Assembly: GCA_030390025.1 (NCBI GenBank)
Contig: JASTWF010000277.1
Coordinates: 558,001-622,000, forward strand
Direction: 5' to 3'
Source: Squalus acanthias
Taxonomy: Eukaryota
Length of the DNA: 64,000 nt
The position numbers and the translations under genes are program-made. The notes under the pieces are model-generated. The model worked only from the letters and a program-made list of their open reading frames with translations, did no database searches and was not told the DNA's origin. Shown one piece after another: positions 24,991-38,090 of the stretch. How positions within the stretch are numbered: position 1 is the stretch's first letter; every line of letters begins with the position of its first letter.

Positions 24991-26220
24991 TGTCTGTGAT
25001 AGTTCCCGGGAGCAGTGTGTGTGATTGCTAGCTGCCTATTTTAGGCAGAGTGATCAGTGTAGAAATGTCTCTGATAGTTCCCGGGAGCAGTGTGTGTGAT
25101 TGGTAGCTGCCTATTTTAGGCAGATTGATCACTGCATTAATTTCTCTGACAGTTTTCGGAAGCAGTATGTCTGATTGGTAGCTGCCTATTTTAGCCAGAG
25201 AGATATGTGCAGAAATTTCTCTGCCAGTTCACTGGAGGAGAGCGGGTGATAAATAGTTGCAGACTGTAGGCAGGGAGATAAGTTTAGGAAGTTCTCTGAC
25301 AGTTCCCGTGATGGCAGTGCGCAATTGATGGCTGCAGACTTTCTGCAGAGAGATACATGCTGAAATTCCCGGGAGGAGAGTTTGGGATTGGCAGCTGGAG
25401 ACTGTATACAGAGAGGGAAGTTCAGGTATTTTTCTGCCAGTTCTCTGGAGGAGAGTGGGTGATTGACAGCTGCAGACTGTATACAGAGAGGGAAGTTCAG
25501 GTATTTTTCTGCCAGTTCACTGGAGGAGAGTGGGTGATTGGCAGCTGCAGACTGTATACAGAGAGGGAAGTTAAGGAATTTATCTGCCAGTTCACTGGAG
25601 GAGAGTGGATGATTGACAGCTACAGACTGTATACAGAGAGGGAAGTTCAGGTATTTTTCTGCCAGTTCACTGGAGGAGAGTGGGTGATTGACAGCTGCAG
25701 ACTGTATACAGAAAGGGAAGTTCAGGAATTTATCTGCCAGTTCACTGGAGGAGAGTGGGTGATTGACAGCTGCAGACTGTATACAGAGAGGGAAGTTCAG
25801 GTATTTTTCTGCCAGTTCACTGGAGGAGCGAGGGTGATTGACAGCTGCAGACTGTATACAGAGAGGGAAGTGTAGGAATTTATCTGCCAGTTCACTGGAG
25901 GAGAGTGGGTGATTGGCAGCTGCAGACTGTATACAGAGAGGGAAGTTAAGGAATGTATCTGCCAGTTCACTGGAGGAGAGTGGGTGATTGACAGCTGCAG
26001 ACTGTATACAGAGAGGGAAGTTCAGGTATTTTTCTGCCAGTTCACTGGAGGAGAGTGGGTGATTGACAGCTGCAGACTGTATACACAGAGGGAAGTTCAG
26101 GTATTTATCTGCCAGTTCACTGGAGGAGAGTGGGTGATTGGCAGCTGCAGACTGTATACAGAGTGGGAAGTTAAGGAATTTATCTGAAGGCTGCCGGGAG
26201 GAGAGGGGTGATTGGCAGCT
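24991..26220. repeat. 75-bp satellite, variant B grading into variant C
   Basis: Variant C unit GCCAGTTCACTGGAGGAGAGTGGGTGATTGACAGCTGCAGACTGTATACAGAGAGGGAAGTTCAGGTATTTTTCT; 25-aa periodic pseudo-ORF. Confidence 0.93.
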
Positions 26221-26264
26221 TCAGATGACGTGTACAAAGTAAAATACAAGGATGGAAAAGAAAA

Positions 26265-26378
26265 AAGATTGTCTTACATTTTGTTTATGCGCCTTTCACC
26301 ACCTCAGGACGTTCCAAAGCGCCCTGCTGCCAATTAAGTGCTTTTGAAATGTAGCCATTGTTGCAATGTCGGAAAACT
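26265..26378 (-). mobile_element. 3' fragment of Deu-type SINE (SacSINE1/AmnSINE-like tail)
   Basis: Reverse complement resembles the tail of the SINE at 56800-57215 (gcgctttggaacgtcctgaggtggtgaaaggcgc). Confidence 0.7.
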
Positions 26379-26714
26379 AAATGTAATATAATGCAAAACG
26401 AAATTCAATCAGGCGGAAGAAACGAAAAGTCAATGGGTTCTCAACTTAGTTTGATACAAGGCCAAGGTCGGGGGCTCAAACACCGGACGGAGCACAGAAT
26501 TTTTTGGGGGGAGCGGGAAAATTCTTATTTTTTTCTCATCTTAAAAATGGAAAGACTGGAAGGGAAAGTACCGCAATCAGAACAAGGGAACAGCGGATTT
26601 TAAATAATTATTCTTGTATTTCAATAAAAAAAAACATTGAACAAATTACAGGGAGAGCTAAATTAAAAAAAAACACGTTGTTTTTTTAAATAAAACTGTA
26701 GTGTTATGAGCACG

Positions 26715-26960
26715 AGACACAAACATGGCCGACCGCATGTCATGCAAACATTGCCGAAAGAACGTCAAAAAGCATAGCCGAAATACGTCACATAAACAGG
26801 TTGAACGTCTGTCAAACAAAAATGGCCGAGCATAGGCCACACAAACATGGCAGACCAGACATCACACAAACATGGCAGACCAGACATCACACAAACATGG
26901 CAGACCAGACATCACACAAACATGGCAAACCAGACATCACAGAAACATGGCGGACGGCAC
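26715..26960. repeat. 23-bp repeat (CACAAACATGGCAGACCAGACAT)n with YY1-like AANATGGC motifs
   Basis: Four near-perfect units at 26840-26940 with degenerate flanking units. Confidence 0.85.
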
Positions 26961-27304
26961 ATATTTGAGTCAAATGAGGTCTACCATGTTGATATTATGA
27001 CTCGGAGACTCTGTATGTGAGAGAGATTGTCAAAATCTGTGTGTGAGGGATTGGGTCTCAGAGATACTGTGTGTGAGAGAGTGAGTCACGAGATCCTGTG
27101 TGTCTCGAGTCTGTGTGTAAGTGGTTGAGTTTCTGATTATGTGGTGAGAGATTGAGTCTCAGAGATAATGTGTGTGAGAGAGTGTTTCTTGAGTTTGTCT
27201 GTGAGAGAGTGAGTCACAGCTGCTGTGTGTGAGGGAGTAAGTGTCAGAGATACTGTATGTGCGAGAGTGAGTCTCGAGTCTGTGTTTCAGCCAGTGAGTC
27301 GGTG

Positions 27305-27700
27305 GCCTAGAAATTGGGCTGTTTATCACCACCCGTCCTGTCGCTGCACTGGCGAAAATGGCGTCCGCCTCTCTATCGCCCTTCTCTGCCGCGGGATTCG
27401 GCGGCCGCCATTTTAATGAGGGACGATAGCAGCGCTGGCCATGGAGCTGGAAACGAAGAGAGTGTGACATCATTTGGGGTGCAACCCCTTGTAACTTCAC
27501 GCTCTTCGAACTTAAACGTTAGCGCTGAGTTTAGCGCAGGGTCCTGAGCGCGCTTGAAAACTCAGCGTGCAGCAGACCTACAGAGACGCTCTCAGCACCT
27601 CTTAAAGGGAAGCACACATCTTCCAGGCGAGTTTGTAGTTAAGCTTTTGGACTCGATTTTATTTAGGTCATTGAAGGATTGGCTTGCTGCAATACATATT
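27305..27700. mobile_element. Probable end of a non-autonomous DNA transposon (MITE-like)
   Basis: Begins GCCTAGAAATTGGG, similar to GCCCAGAAATTTGGG at 59223; CpG-rich with internal palindromes. Confidence 0.4.
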
Positions 27701-27989
27701 TAAACAGCTTTAATAAATACAGGGGTTCAGCGAGTGCTGCTGGACGTTTGCAAGGCTGTGGATGGTAAAGGAGGGCCTCTGGCAAGACATAAAATACTGG
27801 AAATACTCAGCATGTCAAGCAGCATCCGTGGCTTGAGAGAAAGAGTTCACCTCGGAGGTCGAAATTCTGCCTGACTTGCTGAGTATTACTGGAAAATTAT
27901 GACTTGATTTTTTATTTACAGCACCCACTGGTAGATGGAAGAGTAAGATGCTGAAGATAAAGATGCAGAAGAGCAGGAACCCTTCAGAC

Positions 27990-30900
27990 ATTGGAAACAG
28001 TTTCTCTTTATTTACTCTGTCTAAATGCTTTTGAACACCTCCATCAAAGCTATTCTTTTCACTCTCTGCTCTAAGGAGAATATCCTCAGCTTCTGAATCT
28101 ATCCACGTAATTCTAATCCCTCAGCCTTCGAACCATTATGGTAAATCTCTTCTGAAGCCTCTACAAAGTCTTAACCTACTTTTTAAAGTGCGGAGACCAG
28201 AATTGGACACAATACTCCAGCTGGGGCCGGTATAGCGTATTTCATAGGTTCAGCATAACTTCCTGGCTCTTGTACTCTGTGCCTCGATTTAAAAAGTCCA
28301 GGATCCTGTCTGCTTTATTAACTGCTTGTTAACCTTTCCTGCCACCTTCAACAACTTGTGCACAAACACCTCCAGGTCTCTCTGTTCTTACACCCAATTT
28401 ATAATTGTAATATTTAACTTCTGCTGTCTCTCCTCATTCTTCCTTCCAAAATGTATCACCTCACAACATTCTGCGTTGATTTACATCTGCAACGTATACT
28501 CCCATCCCACTAGCCTCTCGATTTCCACTTGAAGTTTATCACTAGCTGTCTCAGTGGTCACTACACTTCAAAATTTCGTGTCATCTGCAAATTTCGAAAA
28601 TGAGCCCTTTACCCAAAAGACCAAATCATTAATGTTTATCAAAGCAGCAGTGGTTTTGTACTGAACCTCGGGAAACACCACGGTAAACCTCCCTGCAGTC
28701 AGAAAGACAGCGTCTCACCACAACTCTCTGTTTTTATCTACAAGCCAATTTTATATCCATGCTACTACAGCCCCTTTTATCCCATGTGCTTCAATTTTGC
28801 TAGCAAGCCTAGTATGTGACAATTCATCAAACACCTTTTGAAAGTCCATATACAAAACACCAACCGCACTGCCCTCATCCACCCTCTCTATTAACTGAAC
28901 AGCAAACTCAATCACGTCAGGCAAACATGATTTGCCCTTAACAAATCTGCGCTGATTCTCCTTTATTAGGCCATACTTTTCCCAGTGGCTGTTAATTTTC
29001 ACACAGATTATTGTTTCAAAAAGCGAGGCCACCACCGACATTAAACTGACTGGTCTGTAATTGCCAGGTTCTTCCTTCTACCCTTTCTTGAACAAGGATC
29101 TAACATTTGCAACCCTCCAGTCCTTTGGCACCACCCCTGTCTCTAAGGAGGATTGAATGATTGTGGCCAAAACCTTCCCGAATTTACTACTCTTACATCC
29201 CTCAGCATCCTACGCTGAATCCCATCCGGATCGGATGACTCATCCACTTAAATGACCACCAGCCTTTCAACTACCTCATCGTTATCTATGTTTATCTCAA
29301 CTAGTATCCCGACAACCTCCTCGTTAACCACAGCATTGGCAAAGTCCTCTTCCTTGGTAAATACTGACACAAAGTATTCATTTGCTACCTCAGTCAGGCC
29401 TTCTGCCTTCACCAATAGATCTCCATTTTGTTCTTTAATCGGCCCCACCGCTCCTCAGACAACCCTTTTACTGTTAATATGCCAATAGAAGACCTTTGGA
29501 TTCATCTTTATGTTCGTCGCCAATCTATTCTTGTACTGTCTCTTATTTATTTTTTCACTTCCTCTCTGAACTTTCTATATTCAGCCAGATTCTCCCTTAT
29601 ATTATCAAGCTGACATCTGTCACACACTCACCATTTTCTGCTTCATCCTACTTTCCAACTCCTTCATCATCCAGGGTGCTCTCTATTGGCTGCCCGCCCT
29701 TTCTCCCTTGTGGGAATGTACCTGGCCAATAGCCGGACCATCTACTATTTAAAGACTTCCCACTGCTACATTACATTTCTGCTTGCAAGACCTTGACACC
29801 AAGTTAACCGGGAGAGAACCCTCCTCAATTCGCTGAAAGTGGCTCTCCTCCACTGAAGTATTTTTCTCCAGAATGATCCTTGTCCTTCTCCATAACTAAA
29901 CAAAAGCTTCGGATACTATGATCGCTATTTCGAGATGTTCCCCTATTCTGACATTCTCCAGTTGACGCATTTCATACCCCAGGACTAGATCCAGCAGATC
30001 TTCCGTCCTCGTTGTGCAGGAAACATGCTGATTATTTACTGCTAAACACATTTCAGAAATTCCTCCCCCTCTCTGCCCTTAACTCAGTCACTGCTCTATT
30101 CAATGTGGTATTTAATGTCTCACATTGACGCTGATCTATAGTTCATGCACCTCTCAGTAATTTACCCGCAAATCTGCTCCTCTATCTCCATCCCACTATT
30201 TGGCCCATAAAATACAACAAGTGGCGTATTAGCTCCTCCATTGTTTCTCAACTCCAACCAAATAGTTTCTGCCTTTCAGCTTCAAGGACAGTCTGTCGTT
30301 CTAGCATTGGAATATTTTCCTTATTCATAAATGCGACCTCACCTACATGTTTTTCTTTCCCATATCATTACTGTATACCTTTTACCCAGGAATATTAAGC
30401 ATTCAATCCTCCGCTTTTTGAGCCAGCACTCCAAACCTATCTTAGACCTCTTTGTATTTTCTATGGTCTCACCTAAATCTCTAGTATTTATACATCGAAA
30501 TCTCTCTCCAAGTCCTCTGTTCACCTTCTTTCTACTTTTTAATACTACAGCTTGTTGCCCAACTCTCTGCCGAATTCGTGTAAATCCTCTCCACGTCAGT
30601 AGTTATCCTGCCCGCAGGAGATTGGTAGCGGCTCAGTTCAGGTACAACATGCCCATCTTGAACAGGTTCCTCCTGCCACAGAACTGGTCGAAATGCCCCA
30701 GAATTCTGAAGTCCTCCCTCCTGCGCCATGTCTCTAGCCACGCATTAACCTGCCATATCCTCCGAATTCTAGTCTCATTAGTGCGTTGCACTGGGAGTAA
30801 TCCAGGAAGTAATTTCCTCCCCAGTCTCGACCCTTTTCATCTGTATTTCGTTGATTCTAACGTGAACCAGGATTCTGGCCCTTCCTCATCCCCCCGCCAA

Positions 30901-31040
30901 ATTTTCTGCACCCTCTCGGTGCTGTCCCTTACCGTGCACCAGGGAGGCAAAATATCATATCGGTCTCAACTCTGCGGTAGCAGAACTGCCTGTCTGTCCA
31001 CCTGACTATCGATTTCCCAATTACTAGCTGGTACCGATGG
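27990..31040 (-). mobile_element. Ancient, heavily mutated near-full-length CR1 (RT, APE and ORF1 esterase remnants)
   Basis: FVKGKSCL, MDFQKVFD and NEYFVSVFTKE remnants; a CLPGA-like esterase remnant at ~30930-31020. Confidence 0.8.
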
Positions 31041-31099
31041 AATTGATTGAATGGTTTCAAGGTTTGAAGGGTGGAAATTACACGGTATTACCCAGTAGT

Positions 31100-32290
31100 A
31101 AAAAGTATTTGCAGAACAGAAACAGGTCATTCGACTCAACAGATCCATGTTGTGTTTATGCCCACATGAGCGAACTCCCAGCCCTCTTTATCTCAACCCA
31201 TTAGAATAGCGGTCGATTCCTTTGTCCTTCATTAACTTTCCTAGCTTTCACTTGATGCCATCTACGCTCTTCGCCTCAACTACTCACCGTGGTAAGGATT
31301 TTCACATTGTAACTATTCTTTGTTTAAAGACCTTGCTCCTGAATTCCCTGTTGGATTTAATGGTGACTCTCTTATATGTGTGGCCCCTAATCCTGGTCTC
31401 GCCCTCAAGTGGAAACATCGTCTCTACGTCTCTCACAGGAACAGAGGAACAGCAGCAGCCCATTGAGCCCCTCGAGACTGATCCGCCATTCAATGAGATC
31501 ATGGCCGTTCTGTGACGTAACTTCATATACACGCTTATGTCCCGTGTCTCTTGATATCTTTGGTTCACAGAAATATATCAATCTCAGGTTTAAAATTAAC
31601 AATTGACCCAGAATTAACTGACATTTGTGGAAGAGAGTTTCAAACTTCTACCACCCTTTGTGTGTAGAAGTGTTTCCTAACTTCACTCCTGAAATGCCTG
31701 GCTATAATATTTAGACTATGGCCCCCAGTCCTAGAATCAACAACAAGTGGATTCACTTTCTCTCTCTGTGCCCTTTCTGTTCCCTTTAATATTTTGAAAA
31801 ATTCTATCAAATAACCCTGTAATCTGCTAAATCCCAGGGAATGCCACCCTAGGTTGTGTAATCTCTCCTGGTACTGGAACACTTGGAGTTACGCTTTCAG
31901 TCCAGTAAATCTGCACTCACTCCATTAAGGCCGATATCTCCTTCCTAATGTTTGGTGCCCAGAACTGCTCCCAGTGCTCCAGGTGTGGTCTAACCAGGGC
32001 TTTGTACAGCTTTAGCATGATTTACAACACTTTGATTTCTAGTCCTCTAGATATAAAGGCCAACATTCCATTAGCCTTTTTGAATATCTTCTGTACCTGT
32101 CCATGACATTTTAGTGATCTGTGTACATGGACACCTAAGTCTCTTTGGACCTCCACTGTTTTTAGATTTTCACCATTTAGAAAAGAACCTGTTCTTTCCT
32201 TTCTAGCTCCAGAGTTGATGCCCTTATTGAAATTCATTTGACACAGTTGTCCCGTTTCATCTTTGCCTTGCAACCTATCGCCCTTTTTGC
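31100..32290 (-). mobile_element. Two stacked old CR1 3' fragments
   Basis: MFPLEGETRIRGH and RKHFYTQRVVEV remnants; two CR1 tails at ~31110 and ~31435. Confidence 0.8.
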
Positions 32291-32309
32291 AAATCCTAAT
32301 GTTTCAGAA

Positions 32310-33500
32310 TGTTTCAGAGTTTCGATAAGGTCTCGCATAAGAGATTAGCGTGCAAAGCACACGGGATTGGGGGTAAGGTACTGATTTGGATAGAGAACTG
32401 GCTGGCAGAAAGGAAGCAAAGAGTTGGAATAAACGCGTCTTCTTCCGATTGGCAGGCAATGAAAAGTGGGGTACCGCAGAGATTGGTGCTAGGACCCCAG
32501 CTATTCACAATATATATTAATGATCTAGACGAGGGAACTAGATGTAATATCTCCATGTTTGCAGACAACACAAAGCTGGGTGGCGTGTGTGCTATGAGGA
32601 GGATGCAGAGAAACTCCAGTATGATTTGGACAGTTTCGGTGATTGGGCAGATGCATGGCAGATGCTGTATAACGTGGATAAATGCGAGGTTATGCACTTT
32701 GGTGGGAAAAACAGGAAGACAGATTATTATCTGAACGGCAATAGATTGGGAAAAGGGGAAGTGCAACGAGATCTGGGAGTCCTTGTGCACCAGTCGCTGA
32801 AGGTAAGCATGCAGGTGCAGCAGGCGAATATGAAGGCGAATGGTATGTTGGCCTTCATAGCGAGAAGATTCGAGTACAGGAGCAAGGATGTCTTGCTGCA
32901 GTTGTACAATGCCTTGGTGGGACCACACCTTGAGTATTGTGAGCAGTTTTGTTCGTCTTATCTGAGGAAGGATGTTCTTGCCATGGAAGGAGCGCAGCGA
33001 AGATTTACCAGACTGATACCTGGGATGGCAGGAATGACGTATGAAGAGAGATTGGGTCGATTAGGCTTATATTCGCTAGAGTTCAGAAGAATGAGAGGGG
33101 ATCTCATTGAAACTTATACAATTCTGACAGGACTAGACAGACTAGATGTAGGAAGGATGTTCGCGATGGCGGGGGAGTCCAGAACCATAGGTCATAATCT
33201 AAGGATAAGGGATAAGCCATTTAGGACTGAGATGAGGAGGAATTTCTTCACCCAGAGAGTGGTGAACCTGTGGAATTCTCTACCACAGAAGGCAGTTGAG
33301 GCCAATTCATTAAATACATTCTAGAAGGAGACAGATATATTTCTTAAGGCTAAAGGGATCAAGGGATATGGGGAGAAAGCAGGGACAGGGTACTGAATTT
33401 GGATGATCAGCCATGATCGCATTAAATGGCGGAGCAGGCTCGAGGGGGCGAAAGCCCTACTCCTGTTCATATCTTCTATGCTTCTATGCATCTTCTATGT
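32310..33500 (+). mobile_element. 5'-truncated CR1 (RT C-terminal half, frameshifted)
   Basis: FDKVSH, FADNTK, HLEYC and RRNFFTQRVVNLWNSLP; ttctatg tail. Confidence 0.93.
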
Positions 33501-33559
33501 TTTTTATTGCAGCTTTTACAAATTGTTCTCTCACTTTCAGAGATATGCCTGTGCACTCC

Positions 33560-33770
33560 TGACACGTATTGTTAGAAGTGATGATGGAATTATCAAGAGG
33601 AAATGTTTTTCGCAGATACTTACGGTGGGTGAAAATAAGCCAGGCTTTGTAATTGCTCTGCAGAATTATCCAGGTGTAATAAGTAATTGTGACAGAGGAC
33701 ACCGAGGCCATATATGTCTTAATGGGATCCAGCCAGGTCTGGTGAATGATGACTAAACGTCGACATTGGA
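33560..33770 (-). mobile_element. Old L2-like LINE fragment
   Basis: IIHQTWLDPIKTY...YYTWIILQSNYKAWLIF resembles the L2 ORF2 linker. Confidence 0.5.
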
Positions 33771-34189
33771 GGTCAGCTCTTGTTTCCGTTTGACGCCCTG
33801 TGATTGGTCCTCTCACTTTCTGAATCAGAGATCAGATTTGGCCACGGACTCCATATCTCGCTGTTACAAGGCTGCTGACAGCTGGTTCCACACAAGTGGC
33901 CACATTTCAAGTGTGAACATGGACGAAATCGAATCAGTCGCCCTTGTACACCGCGCCCGAATTCAATGATGTCGAAGATTGGGCGCGATATTAAAGGGAC
34001 ATCTAATTTGAAATCGCAATGTTTACACAATCGCTCAGTTAAAATTATAAACATCTTTTTGCTGAAGGGAGAGACAAAAGGGGTAAGGATCGTTAGAATG
34101 TTGAAAATATTTCAATCTCTGGGATCAATCATTAACCGTTTATTTTGAAAAATAGTTGTTGGGAAAAAATGCGAAGAGGACATTGATCA

Positions 34190-35545
34190 AAACTAAGATT
34201 CATATCGAGATTTACAGTGAAATGACGTCACAATGCAAATCACAGAAGCGTCATCGAACAGAAGCGGAAGCTGCAACAAAACTAAAAGTAAACATTCGGC
34301 GGGGCGACTGAACATTTTGCTGGAGGGCCGGGTTTTAGGGAGGATCTCAAAGGAGGAAAGAAGATGGACAGTCGAAAGGTTTAGATAGGGAAATCCAGAG
34401 CATGGGACTTGGGCGGCTGCAGACAGGGTGGGCAATGTTAAGGCGACAGTGGAGCATGGATAGGTAGCAGATATTTGGGTGGTTGAGTCTTAAGGCTGGA
34501 GGAGGTAACAGACAGAGGCAGCAGCAAGGACATGATGAATATTTTACATTGGAGGTGGCGCGCGACAGCAACATTGGGTAAGCGGGACTTTGGAAAAGTG
34601 CAGCAGAGCTTTAAATGTGTTCAGATTTGCTGCGCTTGGGGAATGTCAGCCATGAGAGCTTTGGAATAGCAGGGACTGAAGGTGGAAAAGGCACAGATGA
34701 GGGTTCAGTAGCAGATGGGCTGAGACAGGGAGGCAGCAGGGCAATGCTGCAGAGGAGGAAGTGAAGGAAACGTTATACTGTCACAGGCTCGCCTGGAAAT
34801 GCAATAGACCACGAAACTTTGAACATCCGGGTTCAACCACAGACAGAGGTTGGACAATACAAGTTGCAACAGGGGCCAGGGCACAGTGTTTGGGACAAGG
34901 GGAGAAGACGATGGTGCCGGATTTCCCAATGATTAACGAAGAATTTGCGGTTCATCCAGCGCTGTAAAATCCTCCGATAATCTGACAGCACATCGGCAGT
35001 GGAGAGATCGAGAGAGGTGGTGGAGACGTAGAGATTGGTGTCGTCAGCGTACTTGTGGAAGATGACTCCTTGTGTCCAGATGATGTTGCCAAAGGAGAGC
35101 ATGTAGATGAGCAATCCGAGAGAGCAGAGGATTTATCTGTGGGAGAAACTAGACCAAAATGTGCGGGGCAGGCAAATAAGCCGTTGCTGGAGATGCCCTG
35201 GCATTGATTTGATAGGGGTGACTAAAACCAGTCGAGAGCAGTCCAAATGGATTGGACACTGAAGGAGAGGCTTTGGAGGAGGAAGGTGTGGTTGGCTGCG
35301 TCAAAGGCCGCAGACAGGTGGAGGAGGACAAGATAAACACGGTCAACGGGGATGTCAGCTGTAGTCATGGATCCTTCACTGCTGTGGCAGGGGCGGGAAT
35401 CTGATTGGAAACTTCAAACATGGAGTTTCTGTCAAAATTGGCACGGAATTGGGAGGTGACAAAACAGTCATGGTGTTTGGTGAGAGAAAACAGGTTGGAA
35501 ATGAAACGGTTGTTTCCAAGACCAGAGCGGGTTCAGGGTGGCTTT
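34190..35545 (-). mobile_element. Degenerate L2 LINE (RT and 3' end)
   Basis: IYMLSFGNII..GVIFHKYADDTNLY and ctgtctgcggcctttgac (LSAAFD) motifs. Confidence 0.8.
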
Positions 35546-35664
35546 TCTGATCCTGAGAAATTTATTTTCCAATAATGTTATGAAGACTTGAAAGTAAAGT
35601 GGAGCTGAAGCCGCATGAACTAAAATCGATAATGAATATTGTGAACGAACAGAATCGGTGACCC

Positions 35665-37055
35665 TAGAAAATCCAATCCGGCCAATTAGCGCCTCATCAG
35701 ACAGCTCTCAATCATCAGCAAGGAGCTGGAATGTATCGCCGACAGTGCTATTAAGCGGCATTTACTCACCAATAATCTGCTCACCGATGCCTAGTTTGGG
35801 TTCCACAAGTAGCAGTCGTCTCCACCCTCATTACAGCCTCGTCTAAATATGGACCAAAGAGCTGAATTCCAGGGGTGAGATAAGAATGACTCTCCTTTAC
35901 ATTAAGTCAGCATTTGAGCGAGGGTAGCACCAAGGAGTCCGAGTTAAATCGAGGTCAATGAGAATCAGGGGTTAATTCTACACTGGCTGTAGTCATACCT
36001 AGCATATAGGAAGATGTTTGTGGTTGTTGGTGGTCGGTCATCTCAGGCCCAGGGCATCGCTGTAGGAGATCCTCATGGCAGTGTCCTAGACCCGAACACC
36101 TTCAGCTGCTTCATCAACGACCTTCTCTTGATGATAAGGTCAGAAGTTCGCTGGCGATTGCACATTATTCAGTTCCATTCGCAATTCCTCAAATAATGAA
36201 TCAGTCCATGCCCGCATGCAGCAAGCAGGGGACAACATCGAGGCTGCTCCGATAATTGGCAAGTAACATTATCGCCACACAAGTGCCCAGCAATGATGAT
36301 CTAAAACAGGATAGAGTGCAGCCAGCTCCCGTTGACATCCAATGGCAGTAACATCGTCGAATCCCCCACGATCAACATGCTGGGGCTTACCAATTACCAA
36401 AAACCTAACTGGATGAGCCACCTAAATATTGTGGCTACAGGAGCACGTAAGCGGCTGGGTATTCTGCGGCGAGTGTCTCACCTCCTGACTCCCCAAAGTC
36501 TTACCATCAGCTACATGGCAAAAGTAAGGAATGTGATGGAATACTCTCCACTTGCCTGGATGAGTGCAGATCCGACAAAACTCAAAAAGCTCGCCACCAT
36601 CCAGGACAAAGCAGCCCGCTTGATTTGCACCCCATCCACCACCTTAAACATTCACTCCCTCCACCACCGGCGCACTGTGGCTGCTGTGTGTACAATCTAC
36701 AAGATGCACTGCAGCAACTCCCCAAGGCTTCTTCGACAGCACAACCCAAACCCGCGAAATCTAACACCTAGAAGGACAAGGGCAGCAGGCGCATTGGAAC
36801 ACCATCACCTCCAATTCCCCTCCAAGTCAAACACTATCCTGACTTGGAAATATATCGCAGTTCCTTCAGCGTCTCTGGATCAAAAATCTGGAACACCCTC
36901 CCTAACAGCACTGTGGGAGGACCATCACCACACGGACTGCAGCGGCTGAAGAATGCGGCTCACTATCACCTTCTCAGGAGCTGTTAGTGATGGGCAATAA
37001 ATGCTGGCCTTTCCAGCGACGCCCAAATCACATGAATGAATTCATTAAAAAAAAC
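35665..37055 (+). mobile_element. Second copy of the LINE family seen at 8385-9755
   Basis: VRNVMEYSPLAWMSA and LHHRRTVAAVCTIYKMHCSNSPRLL; gaatgaatt/poly-A tail. Confidence 0.88.
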
Positions 37056-37059
37056 TCTT

Positions 37060-37910
37060 GTTATTTTCTTAAATACGTTTATTAGATCATCTCTCAATCT
37101 TCTATACTCAAGGAAATAAATGTCTAGTCTATTCAATCTGACCTCATTATTTAATCTTTTCTGTCCCAGTATCGATCTTGTGAATATGCACTGCACTCCT
37201 TCCAGAGGTGCGGTGCCTAGAACTGAACGCAATACTCTAAATGGGCTCTAACCAGAGCTTTATATAATTGTAACATCACTGCCACCCTTTTGTATTCCTG
37301 CCCAATTGAGATAATGGCTAACTTTCATTTAGCTTTTTAAATTATTTTTGTACCTATCTTTTTGTATTTTTTACTAATTTCTGAACTTAGGCGCCTAATA
37401 GTTTTTACTTTTCAATAGTTGCTATCTTCTCGCAGTTTAGAAAATACTCTGTTCTTCACCTCACATTGCTCCATATTGTACTCCATCTGTGACAGCTATT
37501 TCCACGCTCTTAATCTGACAATGTCCCTTTTCAACTTTATGCTCCGAACTACATTATTTACTGAGCCACCTAATTTTAGCTAATTCATTTATAAATATAG
37601 TGAAAATCTGAGGCCGCAGTACAGATCCCTGGCGGACATCACTAGACCCATCGTGCCAATGGAGTACATACCCATAATCCTTAGTCTCTGTCTCCTACAT
37701 TCTGATAAATTACAAAACCATGATAATAGGTTGCCTCCAGTTAAATGTGCTCTCATTTTTATTAACGGCCTCTTCTGTGTAACAGTATCGAATGCCTTCT
37801 GGGAAAACATAAGTTACATCGATAGACACGATCTTGTGAACGGCATTATTTAACCCTTCAAAAAAATCAACAAGGTTCGTTAGACAGGATTTATCCTATA
37901 TAAATCCAAG
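37060..37910 (-). mobile_element. Old CR1 fragment
   Basis: QKAFDTV and LEYRRLRDDLI remnants. Confidence 0.7.
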
Positions 37911-38090
37911 CTAGGAGATGTGGCAGCGACAACTGAACAGATAGTCTCAATCTTAGCGACTGAAGACCCTGAGCTCCTCACACTTGTTTTTGGAGGTGAC
38001 GGTGAAAGAGACAGCGTAGAGGGATTTAAGGAGATTGTTTGTCGTGGGATATCTTTGATCTACTGGAGTAGTGGGCCGATTTTGCAGTGT

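Noticed and set aside
15036-26187. 25-aa periodic ORFs as a repeat protein
   Set aside because: A consequence of the 75-bp period; the open strand differs between variants and stops interrupt the frames
33541-33969. Plus-strand acceptor and ORF after a CR1 tail as a host exon
   Set aside because: Internal stop, and the opposite strand resembles an L2 remnant
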